Part shown: positions 30,082-38,614 of the stretch, piece by piece
How positions within the stretch are numbered: the stretch's first letter is position 1
How the letters are laid out: each line of letters begins with the position of its first letter
Source: an uncultured Acidobacteriota bacterium
Lineage (GTDB): Bacteria > Acidobacteriota > Terriglobia > Acidiferrales > UBA7541
Reading direction: 5' to 3'
DNA length: 64,000 nucleotides
Assembly (NCBI GenBank): GCA_963715795.1
Contig: OY970275.1
Span: forward strand, 1,067,643 to 1,131,642
Program-made: the position numbers and the translations under genes
The notes under the pieces: model-generated
What the model saw: only the letters and a program-made list of their open reading frames with translations
The model's database searches: none
What the model was told of the DNA's origin: nothing

Positions 30082-30935
30082 ATTCGCCGAAGCAAATGAC
30101 ATCGGTCAACGAACGGGTAAACGACCCGGCCCGAGCACAGCAACTGAGCTTGCTCATGGATTCGGCGCCGCCGATCGAAGTCAGTTCCTCGAACGCGGCC
30201 AGTCCCAGGAAGAAACGCACAACGCGCGGCCGCACCGGCTCTCTCCTCCCTGGTGGCGCACCGCTTTTTCAGCGCGTCTTCACGAGGCTCGGCTGCGATG
30301 GACGCCCGCCGCGCTTTCGCGTCGAGTTCTACCCTTACGCCAGCCTTGTGCTTACCATTCGCCGCCGCGAGGATCTTGTTTTCGTCCGCTTTTCGGATTT
30401 GCTTCGCCGCGCACCGCGCGCGGTTCTCGAAGGCGCCGCCGCGCTGCTTCTCTCTCGCGTGTATCGCCGCAAAGCTCCGCGCGCCCTGGTCGAGCCGTAT
30501 CTCAACTACGCGCGTTCGCATCGCACGCGCAGCCGTATCAGCCAAATGCGCCGCGGCCGAGTTGGGCTTGCCTCCACTGGCGCGCGCGGCCGTCATTTCG
30601 ATCTCGAGAAAATGTTTGGTGAATTGAACGAAAAATATTTTGCCGGCGGTTTGCGGCGTCCTCACATCGGATGGAGCGCGCGAAGCTGGCGGCGCCAGTT
30701 CGGCTGCTACGACCCCGGGCCCAATCAAATTTTATTGAACCGCCGAATGGATCATCCCGGCGTGCCGCAAGTCGCCGTTGAGTACGTCCTTTACCACGAA
30801 ATGCTGCACGTCAAGCACCCCACACGCCGCTCTGGCTGCAGCCTCGTCTCGCATTCCCCCGAATTTCGCGCCGAAGAAAAACGCTTCGCCAATTACGCCC
30901 GCGCCCACCGCATCCTCGACCACCTCGCCCGCTGA
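30078..30935 (+). CDS. SprT-like zinc metalloprotease domain protein
   Basis: It has an HExxH motif (YHEMLHVKH) preceded by LNEKYFAGGL...IGWS...FGCY...ILLNRR, which is typical of SprT-like domains. Its ATGA start overlaps the upstream stop. Confidence 0.65.
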   Translation: MNSPKQMTSVNERVNDPARAQQLSLLMDSAPPIEVSSSNAASPRKKRTTRGRTGSLLPGGAPLFQRVFTRLGCDGRPPRFRVEFYPYASLVLTIRRREDLVFVRFSDLLRRAPRAVLEGAAALLLSRVYRRKAPRALVEPYLNYARSHRTRSRISQMRRGRVGLASTGARGRHFDLEKMFGELNEKYFAGGLRRPHIGWSARSWRRQFGCYDPGPNQILLNRRMDHPGVPQVAVEYVLYHEMLHVKHPTRRSGCSLVSHSPEFRAEEKRFANYARAHRILDHLAR

Positions 30936-31111
30936 CTTGCATCTCCACCGACTGCGTTCCTTGTCCTCCGCAACGCTGTGGAATACCCCCACCGAGTTGG
31001 TCAAAAGTTCGCCAAAAGCCCTCCAAGCTATCCGGAACCTTTTAGATGAAGAGAGCATCTCATTTAATGAGCTGAAATTTAGGTTGTTGATTTCGCTGGC
31101 TTGGTGCTGTC

Positions 31112-31942
31112 ATGTTCGGTAACAGCGGTCAGCAGTTGGAAGTCTCGAATCGGCAAAGGCTGGGCGGCGTTTGGACGCGGTTCTTTGCTTTGTGGCTTGT
31201 GGTGCTTGCGCTTGGCGCGGTCGCGCGTTCTCAAGAACCACAGCGCCCGGCCGAATCGCTAGCCGAGGCTGCGCGCAACGCTCGCGAGCAAAAATTAATT
31301 TCTGCAACGCATCCGAAAATCATCACCAACGCTGACCTCGAAGCCCAGTATGTGCCGCAGAGCGCTTTAGAACTAGCTCAAGGGCCTTCATCGACCAACC
31401 AGACCGAAGCACCTGAACCACCCGCTCCAGGATGTACCAATTCCCAGGCTGAAAATCTCCAGGCGGACCTGGCGAACGCCGAGGGAGAGCGCGACCGGAT
31501 TCGCCGCGAACTTTCCAGCCAACCCCCGGTCATCTCCGATGGTGATCTCGACTTGGCTAATTTCAAGCCTGGCTCCTCGGGTCTTGACGTTGGCGCTCCA
31601 CCGCTCCTGAACACGCAACCGCCGAGTCCCGCCCGAGTGGCAGAAGTCAGTCTCGATGACAAGATTGCCTCTCTCAAGGCAGCCTTGCGTATTGCCTGCG
31701 ACTCTCCGAAAGGCGCCGCTATCCAAACGAAAATGGATCACGCACAGAATGAACTGAACTGGTTGCAACGCCAGCTCGCTCTGGATCAGGATACGTACTA
31801 TTCCACTCCCAATTACGCTCAAGATACGGCCGCTAAAGCCAAGCTGGATGCCGAACAGCAACAGGCCGAAGATTTGCAATCAAAGATCGCGCAATGGAAG
31901 GACGAGCTTGCTGCGTCCAAGCCAACTCAAATCGCTTACTAG
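31112..31942 (+). CDS. Hypothetical membrane-anchored or secreted coiled-coil protein
   Basis: It has a hydrophobic N-terminal segment (FFALWLVVLALGAVA) and a Gln/Ala-rich C-terminus. I recognised no family. Confidence 0.5.
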   Translation: MFGNSGQQLEVSNRQRLGGVWTRFFALWLVVLALGAVARSQEPQRPAESLAEAARNAREQKLISATHPKIITNADLEAQYVPQSALELAQGPSSTNQTEAPEPPAPGCTNSQAENLQADLANAEGERDRIRRELSSQPPVISDGDLDLANFKPGSSGLDVGAPPLLNTQPPSPARVAEVSLDDKIASLKAALRIACDSPKGAAIQTKMDHAQNELNWLQRQLALDQDTYYSTPNYAQDTAAKAKLDAEQQQAEDLQSKIAQWKDELAASKPTQIAY

Positions 31943-32022
31943 CCCCCCGTTTTGCATGCACACCGTAGTAAGCTTCGACTTCTGAGGCGGACCGCTTTTG
32001 CGATATAAGAACCGCTGACTTC

Positions 32023-32523
32023 TTACATCGACTTCTTATCCTTTTCCACTTCCTTATAAAGCTTGTCGATCTTTTTTTGGATTTTGTCTTTGTCGCCGGC
32101 TTGCGGGTAGAGATCAAGATAGCGCTGGTAGGATTTGACGGCCTGGCGCTTCAGTCCCTTTTTTTCCTGCGCTTCGCCGAGCCGGAGGAAGGGAAGCGCG
32201 TAGCCGGGTTTGGCGAGGGCGGCGTCCTGGAAGCGGTCGATGGCCGCGTCCAGATCGCCTTTGTGCATATAGTAGATGCCGACCTGCATGTCTTTTTCCG
32301 CGCGCAGCGGGTCCCACATCGGCTGATCGGGAGCGTTCTGTGTCGCGCTGTCGGCAGCCGGCTTCGCGGGCTTGGGGTCTGGCTTCTTCGGCTGCGATGG
32401 AGGTGCAGCAGGCGGGTTCGAGGAGGAATCCTGCGCGAAGGTGTGCGCAGGCGCGGCGAGCAAGATCAAAGCCGCCAGCGTAAGGCAAGGCGAGTGGCAC
32501 AATCCTTTTTTGGAGTGTTTCAT
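32023..32523 (-). CDS. Small TPR-like lipoprotein or secreted protein
   Basis: It has a signal peptide (CLTLAALILLAAPAHTFAQ) and a TPR-like C-terminus (GIYYMHKGDLDAAIDRFQDA, FLRLGEAQEKKG...AVKSYQRYLDLYP). I placed the start at MKHSKK (32523). Confidence 0.6.
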   Translation of the reverse strand: MKHSKKGLCHSPCLTLAALILLAAPAHTFAQDSSSNPPAAPPSQPKKPDPKPAKPAADSATQNAPDQPMWDPLRAEKDMQVGIYYMHKGDLDAAIDRFQDAALAKPGYALPFLRLGEAQEKKGLKRQAVKSYQRYLDLYPQAGDKDKIQKKIDKLYKEVEKDKKSM

Positions 32524-32578
32524 CAAGTTCGTTGGATGCACGCACTCACGCACCATGTTGCCACCACTCCTCTTCCAC

Positions 32579-32599
32579 TAGTCACGAGTCACCAGTCAC
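32579..32599. repeat. Tandem heptamer array (3 units, NAGTCAC)
   Basis: The units are tagtcac gagtcac cagtcac. The array lies in the divergent intergenic region between the TPR gene and uvrC. Confidence 0.7.
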
Positions 32600-32670
32600 A
32601 CCAAGCCACGAGCTACACTTCTAGTATGATAGACAATGTTGGTTAAGCCTGCACTTCGTGCTGACTCCCC

Positions 32671-34593
32671 ATGGAACCCCGAGAAATCGCCGCACTGCTT
32701 CCCGAAAGCCCGGGCGTCTACATCTTCAAGGACGCCGCAGGCGCCGTTCTCTATGTCGGCAAAGCCGCATCGCTCCGCAGCCGCGTGCGCTCGTATTTTC
32801 TCGAATCCAGTTGGGTGAACGCCAAGACAGGTTCGCTCGCACGCGAAATCGCCGACCTCGAAACCATCGTTGTCGACAACGAGCATGAAGCGCTGGCTCT
32901 CGAACACAACCTCATCAAGCAGTACCGCCCGAAATTCAACGTCGTCTTGCGCGATGACAAGACCTATCCGTACATCAAATTCACCGTCGCCGAAAAATAT
33001 CCGCGCGTCTATTTCACGCGTCGCATAAAAAAAGATGGCTCGCTTTATTTTGGCCCTTATTTTCCCGCTGGATTGGCGCGGCGCATTCTCCATTTCGTGC
33101 ACAAGCGCTTTCTGGTGCCGAGCTGCACCGTGGATTTGACGCGCAGCCATCCGCGTCCTTGTTTGCAGTATTACATTCATCGCTGTCTCGGTCCCTGCGC
33201 CGCTGGCCTGACCACCGATGAACGCTATGCGGAAGCGGCCCGCGATGTTCGCCTGTTTCTGGAAGGCCGCCGGCACGACCTCATCAAAAGCCTGGAAGCG
33301 CGCATGATGGCGGCCGCGGAAAAAGAGCAATTTGAACAAGCGGCGTCGTACCGCGATCTTCTACGCACTCTCGAAGACATCGAAGAGCGCCAGCGCATCG
33401 CTGCCGCGCAAGGCGACGATACGGATGTGCTCGCGTATTACGCCGAACCGCCGCTGGTGGCCGCGAATCTGTTTCATTTGCGTGGCGGCCGCGTTGTCGA
33501 CCGACGCGAATTTTATTGGGAAGACCTCGAAGAGTTTGATCCGCAGGAGTTTGTACCCTCGCTTCTCAAGCAGCTTTATTTGGAAGCGGAATATCTTCCC
33601 AAAGCGATTCACGTCCCCATCGATTTTGAAGACCGCGCACTTCTCGAAGAAACGCTGGCGAAACGCGCCGGGCACAAAGTGGAAATCTTCACGCCGCAGC
33701 GCGGCAATAAACGCTCCTTTCTGGATCTGGTCGAAAGCAACGCCAAGCACTCTTTCGAACAACGCTTCCGCGTGCTGAAGCCCACGTCGAAAGCTATCGG
33801 AGAAGCGCTGCAAAACGCGCTGAATCTTCCCGAAGAGCCAAAACGCATCGAAAGCTTCGACATTTCCCATATTCAGGGAACCGACACGGTCGCGTCGATG
33901 GTCGTCTGGGAAAACGGCCGCATGAAAAAATCAGACTACCGGAAATTTATCATTCGTGGCGACGAAGGGCGCGCCCCTGAAGGCCCTGTCGAGAAAGGAC
34001 GGGGACCGAATGCGCGCAGCGAGGTCTCGAACAATCCCTTTCCAATCGTCCCGCTGCCGATCGCGAAAAATGACGATTTCGCAAGCATGCGTGAAGCCGT
34101 GACGCGGCGCTATCGCCGCTTGCAGGAAGAAAAGAAACCGCTGCCCGGCTTGATTCTGATCGATGGGGGCATCGGCCAGCTTCACGCGGCGGCGCAGGCG
34201 CTCGATTCTCTCCAGATCATCAATCAGCCGCTGGCCAGCATCGCCAAAAAAGAAGAAATTCTCTACGTATTCGGCCAGGAAGACGAACCGGTTGTTCTCG
34301 AACATCATTCGCCGGTGCTTCATCTCATCCAGCAGATTCGCGACGAGACACATCGTTTCGCCGTCACGTTTCACCGCCAGCGGCGCGCCGCGCGGCAGAC
34401 AAAATCGGCGCTAACCGGCATTCCCGGTATTGGCTCGCTGACCGCGCAAAAACTTTTGCGCGAATTTGGGAGCGTTTCAAACGTCCGCCGCGCCAGCCTG
34501 GAAAAATTGAGCGAAGTGATCCCACGAAAAACAGCGGAAAAATTGTTCGAAAAGCTCGGCGCGCTGGAATCCGCCGATAACCAGAGTGAATAG
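32671..34593 (+). CDS. uvrC: Excinuclease ABC subunit C
   Basis: It has a GIY-YIG N-terminus (PGVYIFKDAAGAVLYVGKA), a UVR domain (EQFEQAASYRD) and a C-terminal HhH (IPGIGSLTAQKLLREFGS). Confidence 0.95.
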   Translation: MEPREIAALLPESPGVYIFKDAAGAVLYVGKAASLRSRVRSYFLESSWVNAKTGSLAREIADLETIVVDNEHEALALEHNLIKQYRPKFNVVLRDDKTYPYIKFTVAEKYPRVYFTRRIKKDGSLYFGPYFPAGLARRILHFVHKRFLVPSCTVDLTRSHPRPCLQYYIHRCLGPCAAGLTTDERYAEAARDVRLFLEGRRHDLIKSLEARMMAAAEKEQFEQAASYRDLLRTLEDIEERQRIAAAQGDDTDVLAYYAEPPLVAANLFHLRGGRVVDRREFYWEDLEEFDPQEFVPSLLKQLYLEAEYLPKAIHVPIDFEDRALLEETLAKRAGHKVEIFTPQRGNKRSFLDLVESNAKHSFEQRFRVLKPTSKAIGEALQNALNLPEEPKRIESFDISHIQGTDTVASMVVWENGRMKKSDYRKFIIRGDEGRAPEGPVEKGRGPNARSEVSNNPFPIVPLPIAKNDDFASMREAVTRRYRRLQEEKKPLPGLILIDGGIGQLHAAAQALDSLQIINQPLASIAKKEEILYVFGQEDEPVVLEHHSPVLHLIQQIRDETHRFAVTFHRQRRAARQTKSALTGIPGIGSLTAQKLLREFGSVSNVRRASLEKLSEVIPRKTAEKLFEKLGALESADNQSE

Positions 34594-34658
34594 CGCAAAG
34601 CGGTTAGCCCGTATTGCGCGCTCTCCGCGGCTATGCTACGGTTTTTATGGAGGTTCTC

Positions 34659-34949
34659 ATGGCGGACAATGTAGGTTCCAAGGTCACATATTTCCTCGTG
34701 GGACTCGGCGTAGGTGCGTTGGTGGGCATTTTGTTTGCACCGAAATCCGGCGAAGACACGCGCGATTATCTTTCCAAGAAGGCCGACGAGGGCCGCGATT
34801 TTGCGCAACGCAAGGCGAAAGAGCTGCGCGAACGCGCGGACGATCTCATCGAGCGGAGCAAGGACGTGGCGTCGAAGGGCAAGGATTCGATCAGCGCGGC
34901 AGTCGAAGGCGCGCGCGAGGCGTATCGCCGCGAGGCTTCGAAATCTTAG
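34659..34949 (+). CDS. YtxH domain-containing protein
   Basis: The sequence MADNVGSKVTYFLVGLGVGALVGILFAPKSGEDTRDYL is a typical YtxH N-terminus. The RBS ggagg lies 5 nt upstream of ATG 34659. Confidence 0.75.
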   Translation: MADNVGSKVTYFLVGLGVGALVGILFAPKSGEDTRDYLSKKADEGRDFAQRKAKELRERADDLIERSKDVASKGKDSISAAVEGAREAYRREASKS

Positions 34950-35075
34950 AGCTTCGCGAGCGGGAAGTTCCGAAATCCAAGGACTTTGCGAGCGAGAAGC
35001 TTCGAAATCCCGGCGCGCGAATGCGGGAAACTTCGAACTCGTGAAGTTCTGAAGGTTCGCAGTTGCGAAGCGGCG
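34935..35075. repeat. TTCGAA(A)T-rich repeat tract
   Basis: Motifs read directly: gcttcgaaatc (34935), agttccgaaatcc, gcttcgaaatcc (34999), aaacttcgaactc (35028). Confidence 0.6.
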
Positions 35076-35112
35076 AAGATTCGGCACGGCTTGATTCTGT
35101 CCTCGAGAGAGG

Positions 35113-35637
35113 ATGCGTGGGGCGCTTATGCAAACCTGGCTGATGATTTTCAGCATCGTTGCGGCCATCGCGCTTGTGGTTCAGGGCGCGATGTTGATCG
35201 CTCTATTTTTTGAGATTCGCCAGACCAATCGAAAAGTCAACGGGCTGGTCACGGATTTGCACGCGCGGGTCGGGCCGATCTTAACTCGCGCGCAAATTCT
35301 CCTGGACGATACGCAGCCGAGAATTTCGAACATGGTGGCGGACGCGGCGCACATCGTCTATTTGACGCGCGGGCAAGCGCAGAAAATGGACCGCGTGCTC
35401 ACCGATGCCACGGACCGTTTTCGCGGGCAACTGAATCACGCGGACCGCATTCTGACTGGCGCGCTCGAAGCCGTGGAAGATGCCGGCTCGCAATTCCGCA
35501 GCACGGTTTGGCGGCCGATGCAGAAAGCTTCGGCGCTGGTGCAGGGAATCAAAGTCGGGATCGATCTTTTGCGCTCGCGGCGCGATCGCCGGCGTCCGGA
35601 CGAACCGATGGAACAGGAAGAAGAGCTGTTTATTTAG
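35113..35637 (+). CDS. DUF948-like membrane-anchored protein
   Basis: It has an N-terminal TM helix (MIFSIVAAIALVVQGAMLIALFF) followed by a helical region. Such genes are often paired with ytxH. ATG 35128 is an alternative start. Confidence 0.6.
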   Translation: MRGALMQTWLMIFSIVAAIALVVQGAMLIALFFEIRQTNRKVNGLVTDLHARVGPILTRAQILLDDTQPRISNMVADAAHIVYLTRGQAQKMDRVLTDATDRFRGQLNHADRILTGALEAVEDAGSQFRSTVWRPMQKASALVQGIKVGIDLLRSRRDRRRPDEPMEQEEELFI

Positions 35638-35640
35638 AAA

Positions 35641-35776
35641 GTCGAAACTTCAAAATCGAATTTCGAAATTCGAAATTCGTCAATCTTCGATAGCGGTCGG
35701 TTTGGCACGCTCTGCCCAAGTTGCCGATTTCGAGATTGCTTTCTTTTCTTTCTCTTTCCTTCCTTTCCTTATCTCG
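35641..35776. repeat. TTCGAAAT tandem tract followed by a polypyrimidine (CT-rich) tract
   Basis: Read directly: gtcgaaacttcaaaatcgaatttcgaaattcgaaattcg, then ttcttttctttctctttccttcctttcc. A GA-rich mirror tract lies at about 37040..37065 on the other side of mnmA. Confidence 0.6.
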
Positions 35777-35839
35777 AAAACTCTCTGCTTCTCCATCTCG
35801 ATTCTTCTTCGCGCGCCTAAAATGTTCAGACGCTGATTT

Positions 35840-36991
35840 TTATTTGATCCAGGCGCCGGCGAGGACGCGGTCGGCGTCGTAGAAGACGGCGGCTTGGCCG
35901 GGCGTGATGGCGCGCTGCGGGGCGTCGAAGGTGACGCGGGCATGAGAATCGTCTAGGGCCTCGACTAGAGCAGGCGCGGGTTCGTGCTTGTGGCGGATTT
36001 TCACTTGCGCATGTAGCGGCGACGAAGGTCTGTCGATCGAAACCCAATTGACGTCTTCGACTTCAAAGGTTGTCGTGCGCAACGCTTCGTCATCTCCTAC
36101 GACGACGCGATTCTTTTCGGTGTCGATGGACAAAACATAAACCGGCTTGCCTGCCGCAAAGCCCAGGCCTTTGCGCTGGCCGATGGTGAAATTGTGGACG
36201 CCGTTGTGATGGCCGATGACGGCGCCATCTTCCGTGACGATGTCGCCTTCGTTTCGCGATAAAGAAATTCCTGCGTCCTTTGCGTAGGCCTGAATGAACT
36301 GCACATAATTGCCGGTTGGAACGAAACACAGCTCCATGCTTTCGGGCTTTTCGGCGACGGGAAGATTCGTGCGGCGAGCGAAGGCGCGCACTTCTTCCTT
36401 GGTCAATTCGCCGAGCGGAAATTCGCTGCGCGAAAGCTGTTCCTGCGAAAGTCCCCAGAGAAAATAGGATTGGTCCTTGCTGTCATCGCGGGCGCGCAGC
36501 AATTCCCAGCGGCAGGTGTCTTCGTTTTTGCGGATGCGCGCGTAGTGGCCGGTGGCGAGACGCTCGGCGCCGATCTGGCGAGCCATACGGAGAAGCGGCT
36601 CGAACTTTACGTCGGTGTTGCAGTTGGTGCAGGCGATGGGCGTGCGGCCGGAAAGATATTGATCGACGAAGGGGCGCACGACGCGCCGCTCGAATTGGTG
36701 CTCGAAGTTCACAACGTAATGGGGAAAATTCAGGTGCTGCGCGACGCGTTTGGCGTCGTAGACGTCATCGAGCGAGCAGCAGCGGTGCTGCTTGGGTCCG
36801 TCGCCTTGGAGTTCGGGGAGGCGGCGCTGATTCCAGAGCTGCATGGTGAGGCCGACGATGGGGTGGCCCTGCTCTTGAAGGACGGCGGCGACGGTGGAGG
36901 AATCGACGCCGCCGGACATGGCAATGGCGATTAGGCCGCGCTGAAGTACAGAGCTCGTTGGCAGGGTATCGAATTGGGCTGCGGTGCTCAT
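35840..36991 (-). CDS. mnmA: tRNA 2-thiouridine(34) synthase
   Basis: It has the PP-loop IAMSGGVDSS and a conserved CCS..D.YDA region, and is 383 aa long. Confidence 0.9.
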   Translation of the reverse strand: MSTAAQFDTLPTSSVLQRGLIAIAMSGGVDSSTVAAVLQEQGHPIVGLTMQLWNQRRLPELQGDGPKQHRCCSLDDVYDAKRVAQHLNFPHYVVNFEHQFERRVVRPFVDQYLSGRTPIACTNCNTDVKFEPLLRMARQIGAERLATGHYARIRKNEDTCRWELLRARDDSKDQSYFLWGLSQEQLSRSEFPLGELTKEEVRAFARRTNLPVAEKPESMELCFVPTGNYVQFIQAYAKDAGISLSRNEGDIVTEDGAVIGHHNGVHNFTIGQRKGLGFAAGKPVYVLSIDTEKNRVVVGDDEALRTTTFEVEDVNWVSIDRPSSPLHAQVKIRHKHEPAPALVEALDDSHARVTFDAPQRAITPGQAAVFYDADRVLAGAWIK

Positions 36992-37123
36992 CGTGACAAT
37001 CTCAGTTTAGCGGATTCGACCTTCACGTGCATGAAATCGGGGAAAGAGAGGAAAGAGAAAAGATAACGCAGAGACACAGAGTGCGCAGAGGACTCGCAGA
37101 GAAGACACGAAAGAGGGGCGGAG

Positions 37124-38433
37124 TTAGACATGGGAGGCGGCTTCTTTGCGGTAGGTTGGGGCGATGGCGCGGAGCTGGGTTACGGCAGCGGGAATGGCTT
37201 CGAGCGCGAAGGCGATTTCGGATTCGGTGGTGTGGCGGCCGAGGCTGAAGCGAAGGCTGGACTTAGCTTCGTCTTGCGAGAGGCCGATGGCGGTTAGGAC
37301 GTGAGAGGGTTCGACGGCGCCGGAAGAGCAAGCTGCGCCTACAGAACAGGCCAGACCCTTCAGATCGAGCGCGATGACGAGAGCTTCGCCTTCGATGCCG
37401 GCGAATTGGATGTTGGTGGTGTTGGGAGTGCGCGGGGCGCTGGCGCCGTTCACTCGGATTTGCGGGATGCGTTCGAGCAGGCCGCGTTCGAGCTTATCCC
37501 GGAGCGTTGCGATGCGTGCGGCATCCGTGACTAGAGAAATGCGCGCGATTTCGGCGGCTTTGCCGAGGCCTACGATTCCAGCTACGTTTTCCGTGCCGGG
37601 CCGCGCTCCGCGCTGATGATGGCCGCCGTAGAGAAACTGTTTGAGGCGGGTTCCGGTGCGGATGTAGAGAGCGCCGACGCCTTTGGGGGCGTAGAGCTTG
37701 TGGCCGAGAGAGAGAGAAGATCGACGTTTAGGGCGTTGACGTCGATGGGGATTTTTCCGGCGGATTGCACCGCATCGGTGTGGAAATAAATTTTGTGTTC
37801 TTTGGCGATGCGGCCGATTTCTTCGAGCGGTTGAACGGTGCCAAGCTCGTTGTTGGCGTGCATGACCGAGATGAGGATGGTTTCGGGGCGGATGCCACGG
37901 CGAAGAGATTCGGGATCTACGAGGCCTTCGCGATTGACTGCGAGAAAGGTGACGTTTGCGCCTTGCGTTTCGGCGGCTTGGCAGGCGTTTAGGACGGCTT
38001 CGTGTTCGATGACGGTGGTGATTAGGTGAGGGGAAAAGATGGAGGTTGAGGAAGTAGAGGAGGTTAAGGAGGCTGAGGATGAAGAATGCGGGCGACCCGC
38101 ATTTGCCGCTGGATTGAACTCGCTGCTGGCGGTTGGGGCTTGCGGAGAGGAGACAGACAGGAATGTCTGTCCTACCTTTGCCGCGAGGACGCCGAAGATG
38201 GCGTGATTGTCGGATTCGGTGCCGCCGCTGGTGAAGACGATTTCCTGGGGCTTGGCACCGATCAGCGCGGCGACTTGTTCGCGGGCGGTTTCGACGGCGG
38301 CGCGTGCATGCTGGCCGGGGGAGTGGATCGAAGAGGCGTTGGCGAAATCGGCGGAGAAGTAGGGAAGCATGGCGTCGAGGACTTGCGGGTCGACGGGCGT
38401 CGTGGCGTTGTAATCGAGGTAGACGCGGTTCAT
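37124..38433 (-). pseudogene. Cysteine desulfurase (IscS/NifS family) disrupted by a 1-nt frameshift and carrying an in-frame insertion of about 150 nt
   Basis: The N-terminal ORF 37582..38433 contains YLDYNATTP, TSGGTESDN and HTDAVQ, and runs to DLLSLS before leaving frame. The shifted frame reads GHKLYAPKGVGALYIR...GHHQRGARPGTENV...RVNGASAPR and continues into ORF 37124..37453 (SVGAACSSG). Confidence 0.8.
38150..38176. repeat. REP-like hairpin (gacagaca-ggaa-tgtctgtc-ctac) inside the cysteine desulfurase reading frame
   Basis: The 8-bp stem was read directly. It is related to the intergenic element at 16296..16329. Confidence 0.6.
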
Positions 38434-38511
38434 GGCGTTGTTCTCAGCATACTACGAGGGCCAGTGCGCCAGGTGGCCGGAGAATCGAGGGGGGGCCTCC
38501 CCCCCGGTTTT

Positions 38512-38614
38512 TTTGTAAGTGTTCATTCTAAAGGGTTTTAAGTCCTGCGTTTTGTAAGTGCGGATTCTAAAGGGCTTATTTGGCTGTTTTCCGTAAGTGC
38601 GCATTCTGAAGGGG
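38512..38614. repeat. Three tandem modules of the TTTGTAAGTG-N-ATTCTAAAGGG family (locus B)
   Basis: The modules are tttgtaagtgttcattctaaaggg (38512), tttgtaagtgcggattctaaaggg (38551) and ttccgtaagtgcgcattctgaagggg (38589). They are preceded by a G7-cct-C7 hairpin at about 38489..38506. Confidence 0.8.

Noticed and set aside
38512-38614. The tandem modules (also 2775..2867) as a CRISPR array.
   Set aside because: There are only three units of about 24 nt, separated by 11-15 nt. The units are imperfect, and there are no cas genes or leader. The geometry does not fit CRISPR.
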